NCBI GenBank assembly: GCA_020350425.1
Contig: CP070716.1
Location: 2,591,382-2,655,381 of the forward strand
Length of the DNA stretch: 64,000 nucleotides
Direction: 5' to 3'
Source of the DNA: Gemmatimonadota bacterium
GTDB taxonomy: Bacteria; Gemmatimonadota; Gemmatimonadetes; Gemmatimonadales; GWC2-71-9
In this document: piece by piece, positions 44,965 to 54,018 of the stretch
Numbering within the stretch: position 1 is the first letter of the stretch
Layout: each line of letters starts with the position of its first letter
Translations under genes and position numbers: made by a program
The notes under the pieces: generated by a model
Told to the model about the DNA's origin: nothing
Databases searched by the model: none
Seen by the model: only the letters and a program-made list of their open reading frames with translations

Positions 44965-46747
44965 TCCGGCTCCTCCGTTTCGTGATCACGTTCCAATAAC
45001 TCGGATCGAGACTGGCGATGCGACGGCTCAGCGACTCCTTCTGCCGCGCCAGCACCACCTTCTCCTCTTCGCTCGCGACGGTGATCTGCCGATCGATCGC
45101 GCGGAGCTGGGTGAGCAGCGCCCGGCTCTCGATCTTGCGCAGTGCCCCGTCGACCATGGCATCCACGTTCATGTCGCCCCACGGCTCCGCGAGCAGCTCG
45201 GTCACGGCTCCCCGCTCCTCTGGGGCGACTCGGTCCAGCACTTCCGATCCCACCACCTTGGCGTCCAGCGCGCCCACGTGCAGCAGCAACTGGCGGTCCG
45301 CATTCTCCTCCGACTGCAGTTCCACCAGCCGCTCCACGATGCGCTCGCGCCATCCGGCCTCGTGCAACATGACGCGCAGCAGGTCACGCTCCGGTCGGGC
45401 CAGGCGGCTCCGCCGGGGTGGTGGTGCCTCTCCCGCTCCCCCTTCCTCGCTGCGCGGTCGCGGGGCGTGCCAGCGCGCCGACTGGAGCTCCTGCAGCACC
45501 GACTCGCGGGAAATCCCGAGCGCCTCAGCGGCTCGGTTCACGTAGAGGTCACGCGTCACGCCGTCGCTCACCGCGCGGAGCGTGGGCAACAGGCGATCGA
45601 GGGCCCGTCGCCGTCCCGAGAGCGAGCCGAGCCACCCCTTGCGCTCGAGCAACTGAAGCTTGCGGTCGAACACATCGAGCGCGTCGTCCAGCAGATCGCG
45701 CACGGCATCGAGCCCGCCGGCCAGCGCCACCGCGTCGGGGTCCTCGCGGGGCGGAGGCGTGGCGATCAACACACGCAGTCCCGCATGTAACAGCACGTCG
45801 GCCGCGCGGAAGCTGGCGCGCAGCCCCGCGGGATCGTTGTCGTACAACAGCACCACGCTCTTGCTGTAGCGCTTCAGCAGCAGCGCCTGCTCAGGCGTGA
45901 GCGACGTTCCGAGGGGCGCGACCGTTTCCTCTGTTCCCACTTCGACGAGACGCAGCACGTCGAAGTACCCTTCGACGACCACGGCCCGTTCCGCCTTGCG
46001 GATGGCGTGCTTCGCGTGGTGCAGGTTGTACAGCAGCGATCCCTTGTGGAACACCGGTGAGTCGGGCGAGTTGAGGTACTTCGGCTCGGCGTCGTCCAGC
46101 ACGCGTCCTCCGAACCCCACCACCCGCCCGCGCAGGTCGTGAATCGGAAACAGCAATCGATTCCAGAAGCGCGGCCGCAGCGAGCCGTCCTCCCGCTTCA
46201 CCGCCAGCCCGGCCTCCATGAGCACGTCGGCCTTCACGCCGAGCTGCTCCATCGCCTTGAGGAACTCGTCGCCCTTCGGCGCGAACCCCAACCCCTGGGG
46301 CAGCAGCTTCGCGAGATCGAAGGATCGCTCTTCCAGATAGCGGCGCGCCGGCTTGGCGTCGTCCGCCTCGCGCAGGCGGCGCGCGTACCACTCGCCGGCC
46401 ACGCTCACCGCCGAAAAGAGGGGCTCCCGGGGATCGGGGCCGGTGCTGCGCCGCTCGGGGATCGTGATGCCGACGCGGCCCGCCACCTCCCGCACCGCGG
46501 TCGGGTACTCCATTCCCAGGCGCTTCATGAAGAAGGTGAACACGTCTCCCGCTTCGTGACACACGAAGCAGTAGAACATCTGCTTCTTGGGAATGACGGC
46601 GAAGTTGCGATGCTTGCCCCCGTGAAACGGGCAGGGGCCGCGGTAATCCGAGCCAGTGCGCCTGAGCTCCACGTACTCGCCGATGATCGAAACGAGGTCG
46701 GCGGCGTCGCGCACCTGCTCGATGACGTCGTCGGGGATCGCGCTCAC
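44954..46747 (-). CDS. dnaG: DNA primase
   Basis: Zinc finger CPFHGGKHRNFAVIPKKQMFYCFVCHEAG, the RNA polymerase core and TOPRIM VVVEGYFDV. GTG start overlapping the mutS2 stop. Confidence 0.93.
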   Translation of the reverse strand: MSAIPDDVIEQVRDAADLVSIIGEYVELRRTGSDYRGPCPFHGGKHRNFAVIPKKQMFYCFVCHEAGDVFTFFMKRLGMEYPTAVREVAGRVGITIPERRSTGPDPREPLFSAVSVAGEWYARRLREADDAKPARRYLEERSFDLAKLLPQGLGFAPKGDEFLKAMEQLGVKADVLMEAGLAVKREDGSLRPRFWNRLLFPIHDLRGRVVGFGGRVLDDAEPKYLNSPDSPVFHKGSLLYNLHHAKHAIRKAERAVVVEGYFDVLRLVEVGTEETVAPLGTSLTPEQALLLKRYSKSVVLLYDNDPAGLRASFRAADVLLHAGLRVLIATPPPREDPDAVALAGGLDAVRDLLDDALDVFDRKLQLLERKGWLGSLSGRRRALDRLLPTLRAVSDGVTRDLYVNRAAEALGISRESVLQELQSARWHAPRPRSEEGGAGEAPPPRRSRLARPERDLLRVMLHEAGWRERIVERLVELQSEENADRQLLLHVGALDAKVVGSEVLDRVAPEERGAVTELLAEPWGDMNVDAMVDGALRKIESRALLTQLRAIDRQITVASEEEKVVLARQKESLSRRIASLDPSYWNVITKRRSRSAR

Positions 46748-49140
46748 GATGCCAGCTCCGCGATGGTGACCCCCGACCCGCCCTGCTGGGGCGGCGCCAA
46801 ATGGAACCGCGCAACCCGCCGGTCCGCCGCGAGCAATTCGTGCACGACGGCGCGGAGCGCGCCAGTGCCCTTGCCGTGAATGATGCGGAGCACCGGCAGG
46901 TCGGCGACGACTGCCGCATCGAGCGCCGCGAGCAGCTCCGGCTCGGCCTCTTCGACGCGCATGCCCCTGAGGTTGACCTCGGAGGAGAGCTCCATGTCGG
47001 GGACGGTGCGTTGCGACGGCGGTGCCGGCTCCTCGGCGCGCTGCCGTGTGGCACCGCGGCTCGCCTGCTGGGAGGAACGGGCGGCAGGGTGGCCCGCTCC
47101 CCGCTCCCCCTGTTCCGTTCCCCGGATCCTCCAGCCACGCTGCTCCAGCTTGCGGAGCGCATCGGCCTCCTCCTGCACTCCCTCCTCCACGAGCCGGCGC
47201 GCCTCCTTGGCGGTCGCCTCGCTCACGGCGGCCCGCGCCGTGCCCAGCGCCTCCTCGACGCGTTTGCGCGCCTCGAGCAGGAAGCGCCTCGCCTGCTCCC
47301 GCCCCTCGCGTTCCTGCTCCCGCTCCCGCTCCTCCATGGCCGCTAGCCGCTCTTCGAGTTCGGCGCGTTCGGCTCCCACCCGACCCCGTTCCCGCGCGAG
47401 CTGTGCCTGGGCGTCGGCGACCTCGCCCTCCCGCCGGCCCAGCTCCGCCTCCCGTCGCTCCAGTTCGGCCAGCATCGCGTCCATCGAGCGCACCTGCTCC
47501 GGCGTGAGCTGGTCGGCGCGGGCGAGCACGTCGGCCGGCAGTCCCATGCGCCGCGCGATAGCCAGGCCGTACGAGCGACCGGGCTTGCCCTTGAGCAGGC
47601 GGTACGTCGGTGCCAGCGTCGCCTGATCGAACTCGAGGCTCGCGTTCACGATGCCCGGGGTGTCGGCGGCGAGCTCCTTGAGCTGGCCAAGGTGCGTGGT
47701 AGCCACGGTCACCGGCTCGCGTGCATTCAGCGCCTCCAGCACGGCGCCCGCGAGGGCCGCGCCCTCGATCGGGTCGGTACCGCCACCCAGCTCATCCAGC
47801 AGCACCAGCGAGCTCTCTTCGGCCTCCTCCAGGATCCCCTTGAGGCGAGCCACGTGCGCACTGAACGTGGAGAGGCTGGCGTCGATGGACTGGTGATCGC
47901 CGATGTCGGTGAAGATGCGGCGGAACACGGGCAAGGTCGTCTCCGGCCCGACCGGCGGGATCACCCCCGCCTGCGCCACCGCGCTGATCAGGCCCACCGC
48001 CTTGAGCAGGACCGTCTTGCCACCCGCGTTGGGCCCGCTCACCAGCACGCTGGTCTCACCCTCCTCCATCACGAGATCGAACGGCACCGCCGCACCCGAC
48101 TCGGCGAGCAATAGGGGGTGCACGCCCTGTCGGATCGCCAGCGGCGCCGGGGCTTCGCCCAGGAGGGGGAGGCGTGCCCGCGACGCGAGGGCGTAGCGGG
48201 CCCGCGCGTAACAGTCGTCGGCCGCCACGCACATCGCCCACCCATCCTCGATGTGCTGCGCGTAGGGTCGCGCCTCCTCGGTCAGGGCGCGCAGCACGGC
48301 GAGGGTCTCGCGCGCCTCCTCTGCCTCGCACGCGTTCAGCTCGTTGCCCAGCTCCACCGCCTCGGTCGGCTCGACGAACAGCGTCGCGCCAGAGCTCGAC
48401 TCACCGTGCACGATTCCCTTCACCCGTCCCCGCCGCTCGCTCCGCACCGGGATCACGTAGCGGCCTCCCCGCAGCGTCACCTCGCCCTCGCCCTCCTGCG
48501 GTGCCGTCTCGCGCAGGAAGCCTTGCAGCAGAGCGACGAGCCGCTCGCGCACGTCGCGCAGCCGTCGGCGCGCCCGCTTGAGCGGGGGTGAGGCATCGTC
48601 CTTGACCCGCCCGTCGGGCTCGATGGCGCGCTCGACGGCCTGCTCCAGGCGGCGCGGCGCGACCTCCACGGCGAGTGCCGCCACGCGCGGCGCCCGCTCC
48701 TCGAGGGCGGCGAGCTGGAGGGCCACCTCCCGCATGCCCGAGAGCGCCACTTGCAGCGCGTGCAGCTGCTCGCCGTCGAGCACGCTGCCCACCACGGCGA
48801 GTCGGTCGAGGATCTCGCTCAGGTCGGGGACCGCCAGGGGCTGGAAGCGTCCCGTCTCGTGCAGCTCCCGCGCGAGCTCCCAGACCGTCGCCAACTCCTC
48901 CCGCACGGCGTCCACGTCGGCCGCGGGGAGGCGGGCTCGCACCGATGCCGCCCCCAGCTCGGACACCGCGTGCTCGGCCACCACGGCGAGCACGCGGTCG
49001 AACTCCAGCTCGGCGAGGGTGTGGGGCGCCGCGACCCGCGGGAATGAGGAAGGGGTGCCGGCGACCTCAGTCACCTGCACCCCTTGCCGCACACACTCTG
49101 GCCCTCGCGCTTCATGGTCCGCGCGTGGGCCTCGTGCCAA
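46744..49140 (-). CDS. mutS2: endonuclease MutS2
   Basis: Walker A GPNAGGKT, a coiled-coil linker and a C-terminal Smr domain (LRGMRVEEA...IIHGKGTGALR). The start is uncertain: TTG at 49140 or GTG at 49074. Confidence 0.9.
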   Translation of the reverse strand: MARGPRADHEARGPECVRQGVQVTEVAGTPSSFPRVAAPHTLAELEFDRVLAVVAEHAVSELGAASVRARLPAADVDAVREELATVWELARELHETGRFQPLAVPDLSEILDRLAVVGSVLDGEQLHALQVALSGMREVALQLAALEERAPRVAALAVEVAPRRLEQAVERAIEPDGRVKDDASPPLKRARRRLRDVRERLVALLQGFLRETAPQEGEGEVTLRGGRYVIPVRSERRGRVKGIVHGESSSGATLFVEPTEAVELGNELNACEAEEARETLAVLRALTEEARPYAQHIEDGWAMCVAADDCYARARYALASRARLPLLGEAPAPLAIRQGVHPLLLAESGAAVPFDLVMEEGETSVLVSGPNAGGKTVLLKAVGLISAVAQAGVIPPVGPETTLPVFRRIFTDIGDHQSIDASLSTFSAHVARLKGILEEAEESSLVLLDELGGGTDPIEGAALAGAVLEALNAREPVTVATTHLGQLKELAADTPGIVNASLEFDQATLAPTYRLLKGKPGRSYGLAIARRMGLPADVLARADQLTPEQVRSMDAMLAELERREAELGRREGEVADAQAQLARERGRVGAERAELEERLAAMEEREREQEREGREQARRFLLEARKRVEEALGTARAAVSEATAKEARRLVEEGVQEEADALRKLEQRGWRIRGTEQGERGAGHPAARSSQQASRGATRQRAEEPAPPSQRTVPDMELSSEVNLRGMRVEEAEPELLAALDAAVVADLPVLRIIHGKGTGALRAVVHELLAADRRVARFHLAPPQQGGSGVTIAELAS

Positions 49141-49181
49141 ATACAGGGAAGACTAGACTCAGAATCTGTCGCAGAGCGTGC

Positions 49182-49210
49182 AAGTTAGACCGGCCTCTCC
49201 ACGTTGGCAA
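49182..49210 (-). promoter_or_regulatory. sigma70-like promoter candidate for mutS2
   Basis: Minus strand reads TTGCCA (49210-49205), 17 nt, TAACTT (49187-49182). Confidence 0.35.
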
Positions 49211-49219
49211 GCAGGCGCG

Positions 49220-49558
49220 CTAGCCCGGCGGCCACCCCATGGACCGCCCGCCCAGCAGGTGGGCATGGACGTGAAACACCGTCTGCCCCGCCCCGGCGTT
49301 GGTGTTGATGACCACGCGATAGCCGTCGTCGGCCAGCCCCGCGTCGCGGGCCACGTCGCGCGCGAACAGCACCAGCCCGCCGAGCAGCGGGCCGTCTTCG
49401 GCCTCGTTGAGCGACGGCACGTGCCGCTTGGGAATGGCCAGCACATGGGTGGGCGCCTGCGGGTTGATGTCGCGGAACGCGAAGTAGTCGTCGCTCTCGG
49501 CCACCTTCGTGGCCGGGATCTCACCCGCCACGATCTTGCAGAAGAGACAATCGCCCAT
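49220..49558 (-). CDS. HIT family (histidine triad) nucleotide-binding protein
   Basis: 112 aa with CLFCKI and the histidine triad HVHAHLLGG. Confidence 0.9.
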   Translation of the reverse strand: MGDCLFCKIVAGEIPATKVAESDDYFAFRDINPQAPTHVLAIPKRHVPSLNEAEDGPLLGGLVLFARDVARDAGLADDGYRVVINTNAGAGQTVFHVHAHLLGGRSMGWPPG

Positions 49559-49560
49559 GG

Positions 49561-50715
49561 TCAGGTCCCGAAGGCCTCCTTCATCTTGTCCCAGATCCGC
49601 TTGCCCAGTCCCTCCTTGGGCGGCTCACCCTCGATCTCGGAGAGCCGCTCGAACAGTTCCTTCAGCTCAGGGGCCAGCTTGGTGGGCGTCCACACCCGGG
49701 CGCGCACATACAGGGTGCCTTTGCGTCCGGTGCTCACGCTGGGCAGTCCGCTGCCGCGCAGCGTGAACACCGTCCCACTCTGCGTGCCGGCGGGAACGCT
49801 CAGGGGCTCCGCGCCATACGGCGTCGGCACGGTCACGTCACCGCCCAGGGCCGCGAGGCTGAACGAGAGCGGGAGATCGTACAGCAGGTCGTCGCCGTGC
49901 CGCTCGAAGCGCTGGTCCTGCTCCACCTCGAACTGCACCACCAGATCGCCGAACGGTCCGTTGCGCGGACCGGCCACGCCCTTCCCCCTGAGCGTGATGT
50001 AGTTCTCGGGGGCCACCCCGGCCGGGACCTCCACCTCCACCTGCTTCTCGCGCCGGACCCGCCCGTCGCCGCGACACTCCGGACAGGGGTCGGACACCAC
50101 GCGGCCCTCGCCCTCGCAGGTGGGGCACGGCACGACCGACACGAACTGCCCGAAGAGCGACTGCGCGGCCCGACGGACCTCACCGGCGCCTCCGCAGGTG
50201 GTACAGGTTTGCGGGCTCGAGCCCGGCGCGGCCCCGCTGCCCTCGCAGGCGTCGCATCGCTCCAGCGTCTTGAGCTTGAGCGTGCGCGTGACGCCGTGCG
50301 CCACCTCGTCCAAGGTGAGCCGCAGCTTCACCCGCACGTCCTGACCGCGACGCTGCTCGCGGCGTGCGCGCTGCCCGCCGCCGAAGAACGCGTCGAACCC
50401 ACCCAGCCCGCCGAAGTCGCGCATGAAGATGTTCAGCGCCTCGGCCAGATCCACGTGATGAAAACCGAAGCCGCTCGCGCCCGCGCCGCCGCCCTTGATC
50501 CCCGCCATCCCGAAGCGGTCGTAGCGCGCCCGCTGGTCGGGGTCGCGCAGCACCTCATACGCCTCGGTGGCCTCCTTGAACTTCTCCTCGGCCGCCTTGT
50601 CACCGTTGTTGCGGTCGGGATGGTACTCCATGGCGAGCCGGCGGTACGCCTTCTTGACCTCGGCCTCCGATGCAGTACGCTCGACGCCGAGTACGTCGTA
50701 GAGATCGCGGGCCAT
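49561..50715 (-). CDS. dnaJ: molecular chaperone DnaJ
   Basis: J domain with HPD, a G/F region and four CxxCxGxG zinc-finger repeats (CDACEGSG, CTTCGGAG, CPTCEGEG, CPECRGDG). Confidence 0.95.
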   Translation of the reverse strand: MARDLYDVLGVERTASEAEVKKAYRRLAMEYHPDRNNGDKAAEEKFKEATEAYEVLRDPDQRARYDRFGMAGIKGGGAGASGFGFHHVDLAEALNIFMRDFGGLGGFDAFFGGGQRARREQRRGQDVRVKLRLTLDEVAHGVTRTLKLKTLERCDACEGSGAAPGSSPQTCTTCGGAGEVRRAAQSLFGQFVSVVPCPTCEGEGRVVSDPCPECRGDGRVRREKQVEVEVPAGVAPENYITLRGKGVAGPRNGPFGDLVVQFEVEQDQRFERHGDDLLYDLPLSFSLAALGGDVTVPTPYGAEPLSVPAGTQSGTVFTLRGSGLPSVSTGRKGTLYVRARVWTPTKLAPELKELFERLSEIEGEPPKEGLGKRIWDKMKEAFGT

Positions 50716-50721
50716 GGAGCG

Positions 50722-51756
50722 CTACTTGATGAGGTCGCCGAGCATGCGGCTGGTGTGCTCGACCATGGTGACGACCTTGCGATACGGCATCCGCGTGGGC
50801 CCCATGACACCGATCATGCCGGCAAACGGTCCGCACTGGTAGGTCGAGGTCACGATGGTGAGCCGGCTGAGCCGGGGGTCCACGTTCTCGGTCCCGATCG
50901 TGATGCTGATCCCGGGGGACGGTCGGTTCTCGAGCGCGGTGCGCAACAGATCGCGCCGCTCCGTGAGCTGGAGCAGGTTGCGCATCTCGTCGGAGGAGTG
51001 GAACTCGGGCTGCTCCACCAGCATCTGGGCGCTGCCGAGCACCAGTGCGCTGTCCCCGGCTCCCAGCTCGAACAGCGCGTCGGCCTCCTCGATGAAGATG
51101 TTGAGCAGCTCGCGGGCCTCGCGGTCGCCGCCGACGTCCCGCAGCCGATCCCGCAGGCTCTGCCGGATGTCGCGCAGCGTGTGGCCGCTGAGCCGCTCGT
51201 TGAGCACGAGCTGCACGCTGGCCACCGCCTCGGGGGGCAGCTCGTTCGAGACCTCCACGAAGATGGTGCGGGCGGCGCCGCCCTCCAGCACCAGGATCAT
51301 GAGCAGCCGCTCCGAGGAGGCCTGGACCAGCTCGAGCCGTTCCAGCACCGCGTTGGAGAACGACGGCGCCACCGCGATCCCCAGCTCCTGCGTGAGCACG
51401 CCCAGCACCTCGGCCGCTTTCTGGAGCAGCCCCTCGATGGCGGTCCGATCGGGCCGCAACTCGCGACGGAGCGCGTCCTGCTCCACGGCGGAGGGCAGCA
51501 CCGGCCCCATGAGGGAGTCGACGTACACCCGGTAGGCCTGGTCGGTGGGGACGCGCCCGGCGGAGGTGTGGGGGTGCGAGAGATACCCCCGCTCCTCCAG
51601 GTCGCTCATGGTGTTGCGGATCGTGGCCGCCGACACCCCGAGGTCGTATCGCTTGGCGATCGTGCGCGAGCCGGCCGGCTCGGCGGTCTCCACAAAGGTG
51701 TGGATCACCGCCTCGAGGACCTGGCGCTCGCGCTCAGTGAGCTGTTCTGGTGACAT
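50722..51756 (-). CDS. hrcA: heat-inducible transcription repressor HrcA
   Basis: Start at the ATG at 51756. N-terminal winged helix LTERERQVLEAVIHTFVETAEPAGSRTIAK. 344 aa. Confidence 0.9.
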   Translation of the reverse strand: MSPEQLTERERQVLEAVIHTFVETAEPAGSRTIAKRYDLGVSAATIRNTMSDLEERGYLSHPHTSAGRVPTDQAYRVYVDSLMGPVLPSAVEQDALRRELRPDRTAIEGLLQKAAEVLGVLTQELGIAVAPSFSNAVLERLELVQASSERLLMILVLEGGAARTIFVEVSNELPPEAVASVQLVLNERLSGHTLRDIRQSLRDRLRDVGGDREARELLNIFIEEADALFELGAGDSALVLGSAQMLVEQPEFHSSDEMRNLLQLTERRDLLRTALENRPSPGISITIGTENVDPRLSRLTIVTSTYQCGPFAGMIGVMGPTRMPYRKVVTMVEHTSRMLGDLIK

Positions 51757-51779
51757 AGTCCAAGTTGTGACTTTGCAGC

Positions 51780-51809
51780 AATTTAGCCACCTCCGCGCTA
51801 GGTGGTCAA
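51780..51809 (-). promoter_or_regulatory. promoter candidate with embedded CIRCE-like inverted repeat upstream of hrcA
   Basis: Minus strand reads TTGACC (51809-51804), 18 nt, TAAATT (51785-51780). Overlapping it is the inverted repeat TTGACCACC-N9-GGTGGCTAA (51809-51783), which matches CIRCE at only 10 of 18 positions. Confidence 0.4.
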
Positions 51810-52916
51810 GCGGGACGCGAGGGCGTCCAGCATGAGCCATCCCTGGGCGGTCGGCCTGATCCTCCCACTCTCTAGCAGCAGCCAGCCATGCCTGGCTGCT
51901 GCCTCCAGCTCGCCGGCGACGCGGGCGCCGACGCTTTGAGCGGCCACCCCCTCGCTCGTCCGCAGCCCCAGGTAGATCTGCTCCAGGCGGCGCGCGGCGG
52001 CATCCAGGTGCTCGCGCTCGGCCACCGCACTCCCCTGCTGAGCGACCGTCCGCTCGTACGCGGCCCAGTCACGGAGGTTCCACGCCCGCTCGCCCGGCCG
52101 GAAGGAGTGGGCCGACGGTCCCAGCCCCACGTACGGGCGGCCGCTCCAGTAGGCGCCGTTGTGCCGCGAGCGGTACCCCGGCCGCGCGTAGTTCGACACC
52201 TCATAGTGCTCGAGCCCCGCTGCCGTGAGCAGCGCGTCGGCGAGCAGGAACTCCTCGGCGTAGCGCTCGTCGCCCACCGGCACGGCCGCGCCGCGTGCGA
52301 TCCAGCGTGCGAGCGGCGTGCGCGCCTCGACGGTGAGGCCGTACACCGACAGATGCTCCGGGTCGAGCGCCAGCGCCCGGTCGAGCTCACCGCGCAGGTC
52401 GGGCGCGAGCGCCTCCGGCAACGCGAAGATGAGATCGAGCGAGATGGCACCGATGCCGGCCGCTCGCAGCCGCCGCACCGCCTCCTCCGAGGCCTCCGGG
52501 GCGTGCGTCCGGTGCATCCACGCCAGCACGTTCGCATCGAACGACTGCACGCCCAGTGAGACGCGGTTGACGCCGGCGGCGACCCACGCGGCGGCGGCGC
52601 TCGGCGTGACGTCGTCGGGGTTCGCCTCCAGCGTGATCTCGATGGCGTCGGGCGACACGGCACCGTGCGCCTCGACGAGGCGCCGCACCAGCTCGCCGAG
52701 CTGCGCGGCGGGCAGCAGGGAGGGCGTGCCGCCACCGAGGTACAGCGTCTCGAGCGGCGCCGTGTCCCACGGCTCCTGGGCACGCCGGACGTCGTGCTCC
52801 CGCACCACCGCCCGTACGAAGCGGTCGGCGGGGACCTGGCGCCGCACCGCGATGGCGAAGTCGCAATACGTGCAGCGCCGACGACAGAACGGTACGTGAA
52901 CGTAGACGTGTCGCAC
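51798..52916 (-). CDS. hemW: radical SAM heme chaperone HemW (HemN-like, oxygen-independent coproporphyrinogen oxidase family)
   Basis: CxxxCxxC motif PFCRRRCTYCDF near the N-terminus. 372 aa. GTG start. Confidence 0.9.
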   Translation of the reverse strand: MRHVYVHVPFCRRRCTYCDFAIAVRRQVPADRFVRAVVREHDVRRAQEPWDTAPLETLYLGGGTPSLLPAAQLGELVRRLVEAHGAVSPDAIEITLEANPDDVTPSAAAAWVAAGVNRVSLGVQSFDANVLAWMHRTHAPEASEEAVRRLRAAGIGAISLDLIFALPEALAPDLRGELDRALALDPEHLSVYGLTVEARTPLARWIARGAAVPVGDERYAEEFLLADALLTAAGLEHYEVSNYARPGYRSRHNGAYWSGRPYVGLGPSAHSFRPGERAWNLRDWAAYERTVAQQGSAVAEREHLDAAARRLEQIYLGLRTSEGVAAQSVGARVAGELEAAARHGWLLLESGRIRPTAQGWLMLDALASRLTT

Positions 52917-52926
52917 GCCGGAGAAG

Positions 52927-54018
52927 CTAACCGACGCCCAGCACGCTCGCCCGGTGGAACAGCTTGCCCGGGTCCTGCACCACGAGGCCGCGAATCTCGA
53001 GGCCGGTGAGCACGGCGAGCGTCTCGCCCGTGGAGCCGTGGACGCGCTCGGCGATCTCGTCCACCAGCTCCACCCCCAGGTCGAGCACGTCCAGCACGCG
53101 GCGCTCGAGCGGAGTCAGGCCGGCAGGCCGGCTCGACACCGGGACGTCGTGCCACAGCCCGTACTCCTCGAGCAGGTCCCGCAGGCCGAGCGCGGGCTTC
53201 GCGCCCATCTGGATGAGCCGGTTGCACCCCGACGAGGCGGGGCTCGTGATCGGGCCCGGCACGGCCAGCACCTCGCGTCCCTGCTCGAGCGCGCAATCGG
53301 CGGTGATCAGAGCACCGGAGCGCTTCCCCGCCTCAACCACGAGCGTGGTGCGCGCCAACCCGCTGATGAGCCGGTTCCGCCGGGGAAAGCTGCCGGCGCT
53401 CGGCTTGTCACCGGGTGGAAATTCCGTGACGAGGCACCCCTCCCGCGCCATCCGGTCGTACAGCGCGCGGTTGGCCGAGGGATAGACCACCCCGAGGCCG
53501 TTCCCCAGCACCCCGACGGTGCGGCCCTCGGCATCGAGACAGGCGGTGTGGGCGAGCGCGTCGAGCCCGCGCGCCATCCCGCTGACGACGACCAGCCCGG
53601 CGCGCCCGGCGCCGGCGGCGAACAGGCGGCACGCCTCGGCGCCGTAGCGCGTATGCGTGCGGCTCCCCACGATCGCGACCGCGGGGGCGTCGAGCAGCGA
53701 CAGGTCGCCCAGCGCAAAGAGCAGGGTCGGCGCGGCGGGAATCTCGCTCAGCATTGCGGGAAAACGCTTCGCACCCGGCATCAGCACGACGCCGCCCAAC
53801 TGCGCGGCGTGCGCCGCCACACGCCGCGCCGCCTCGGGAGATGCGGCGCGCACGGCCGTCGCGGCGGCACGGGAGATGCCCGGCACCGCCTCGAGATCCC
53901 GCTGCGTCGCCTCGAGGGCGCCCTGTGCCGTGCCGAACGCCCGCAGCAGCGCGTCGAGCCGCGCGCGGCCGATACCCGGCACGAGCGCGAGGGTGAGGTA
54001 GGCGAGGTCGGGGGTCAC
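52927..54018 (-). CDS. dprA: DNA-processing protein DprA (Smf)
   Basis: 363 aa. Rossmann-like core with VVSGMARGLDALAH and a C-terminal winged-helix-like region. GTG start overlapping the obg stop. Confidence 0.9.
   Translation of the reverse strand: MTPDLAYLTLALVPGIGRARLDALLRAFGTAQGALEATQRDLEAVPGISRAAATAVRAASPEAARRVAAHAAQLGGVVLMPGAKRFPAMLSEIPAAPTLLFALGDLSLLDAPAVAIVGSRTHTRYGAEACRLFAAGAGRAGLVVVSGMARGLDALAHTACLDAEGRTVGVLGNGLGVVYPSANRALYDRMAREGCLVTEFPPGDKPSAGSFPRRNRLISGLARTTLVVEAGKRSGALITADCALEQGREVLAVPGPITSPASSGCNRLIQMGAKPALGLRDLLEEYGLWHDVPVSSRPAGLTPLERRVLDVLDLGVELVDEIAERVHGSTGETLAVLTGLEIRGLVVQDPGKLFHRASVLGVG

Noticed and set aside
51872-53296. 474-aa minus-strand ORF overlapping hemW and dprA in another frame
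   Set aside because: Its composition is Arg/Pro/Ala-rich. Both overlapped genes have clear motifs in their own frames.
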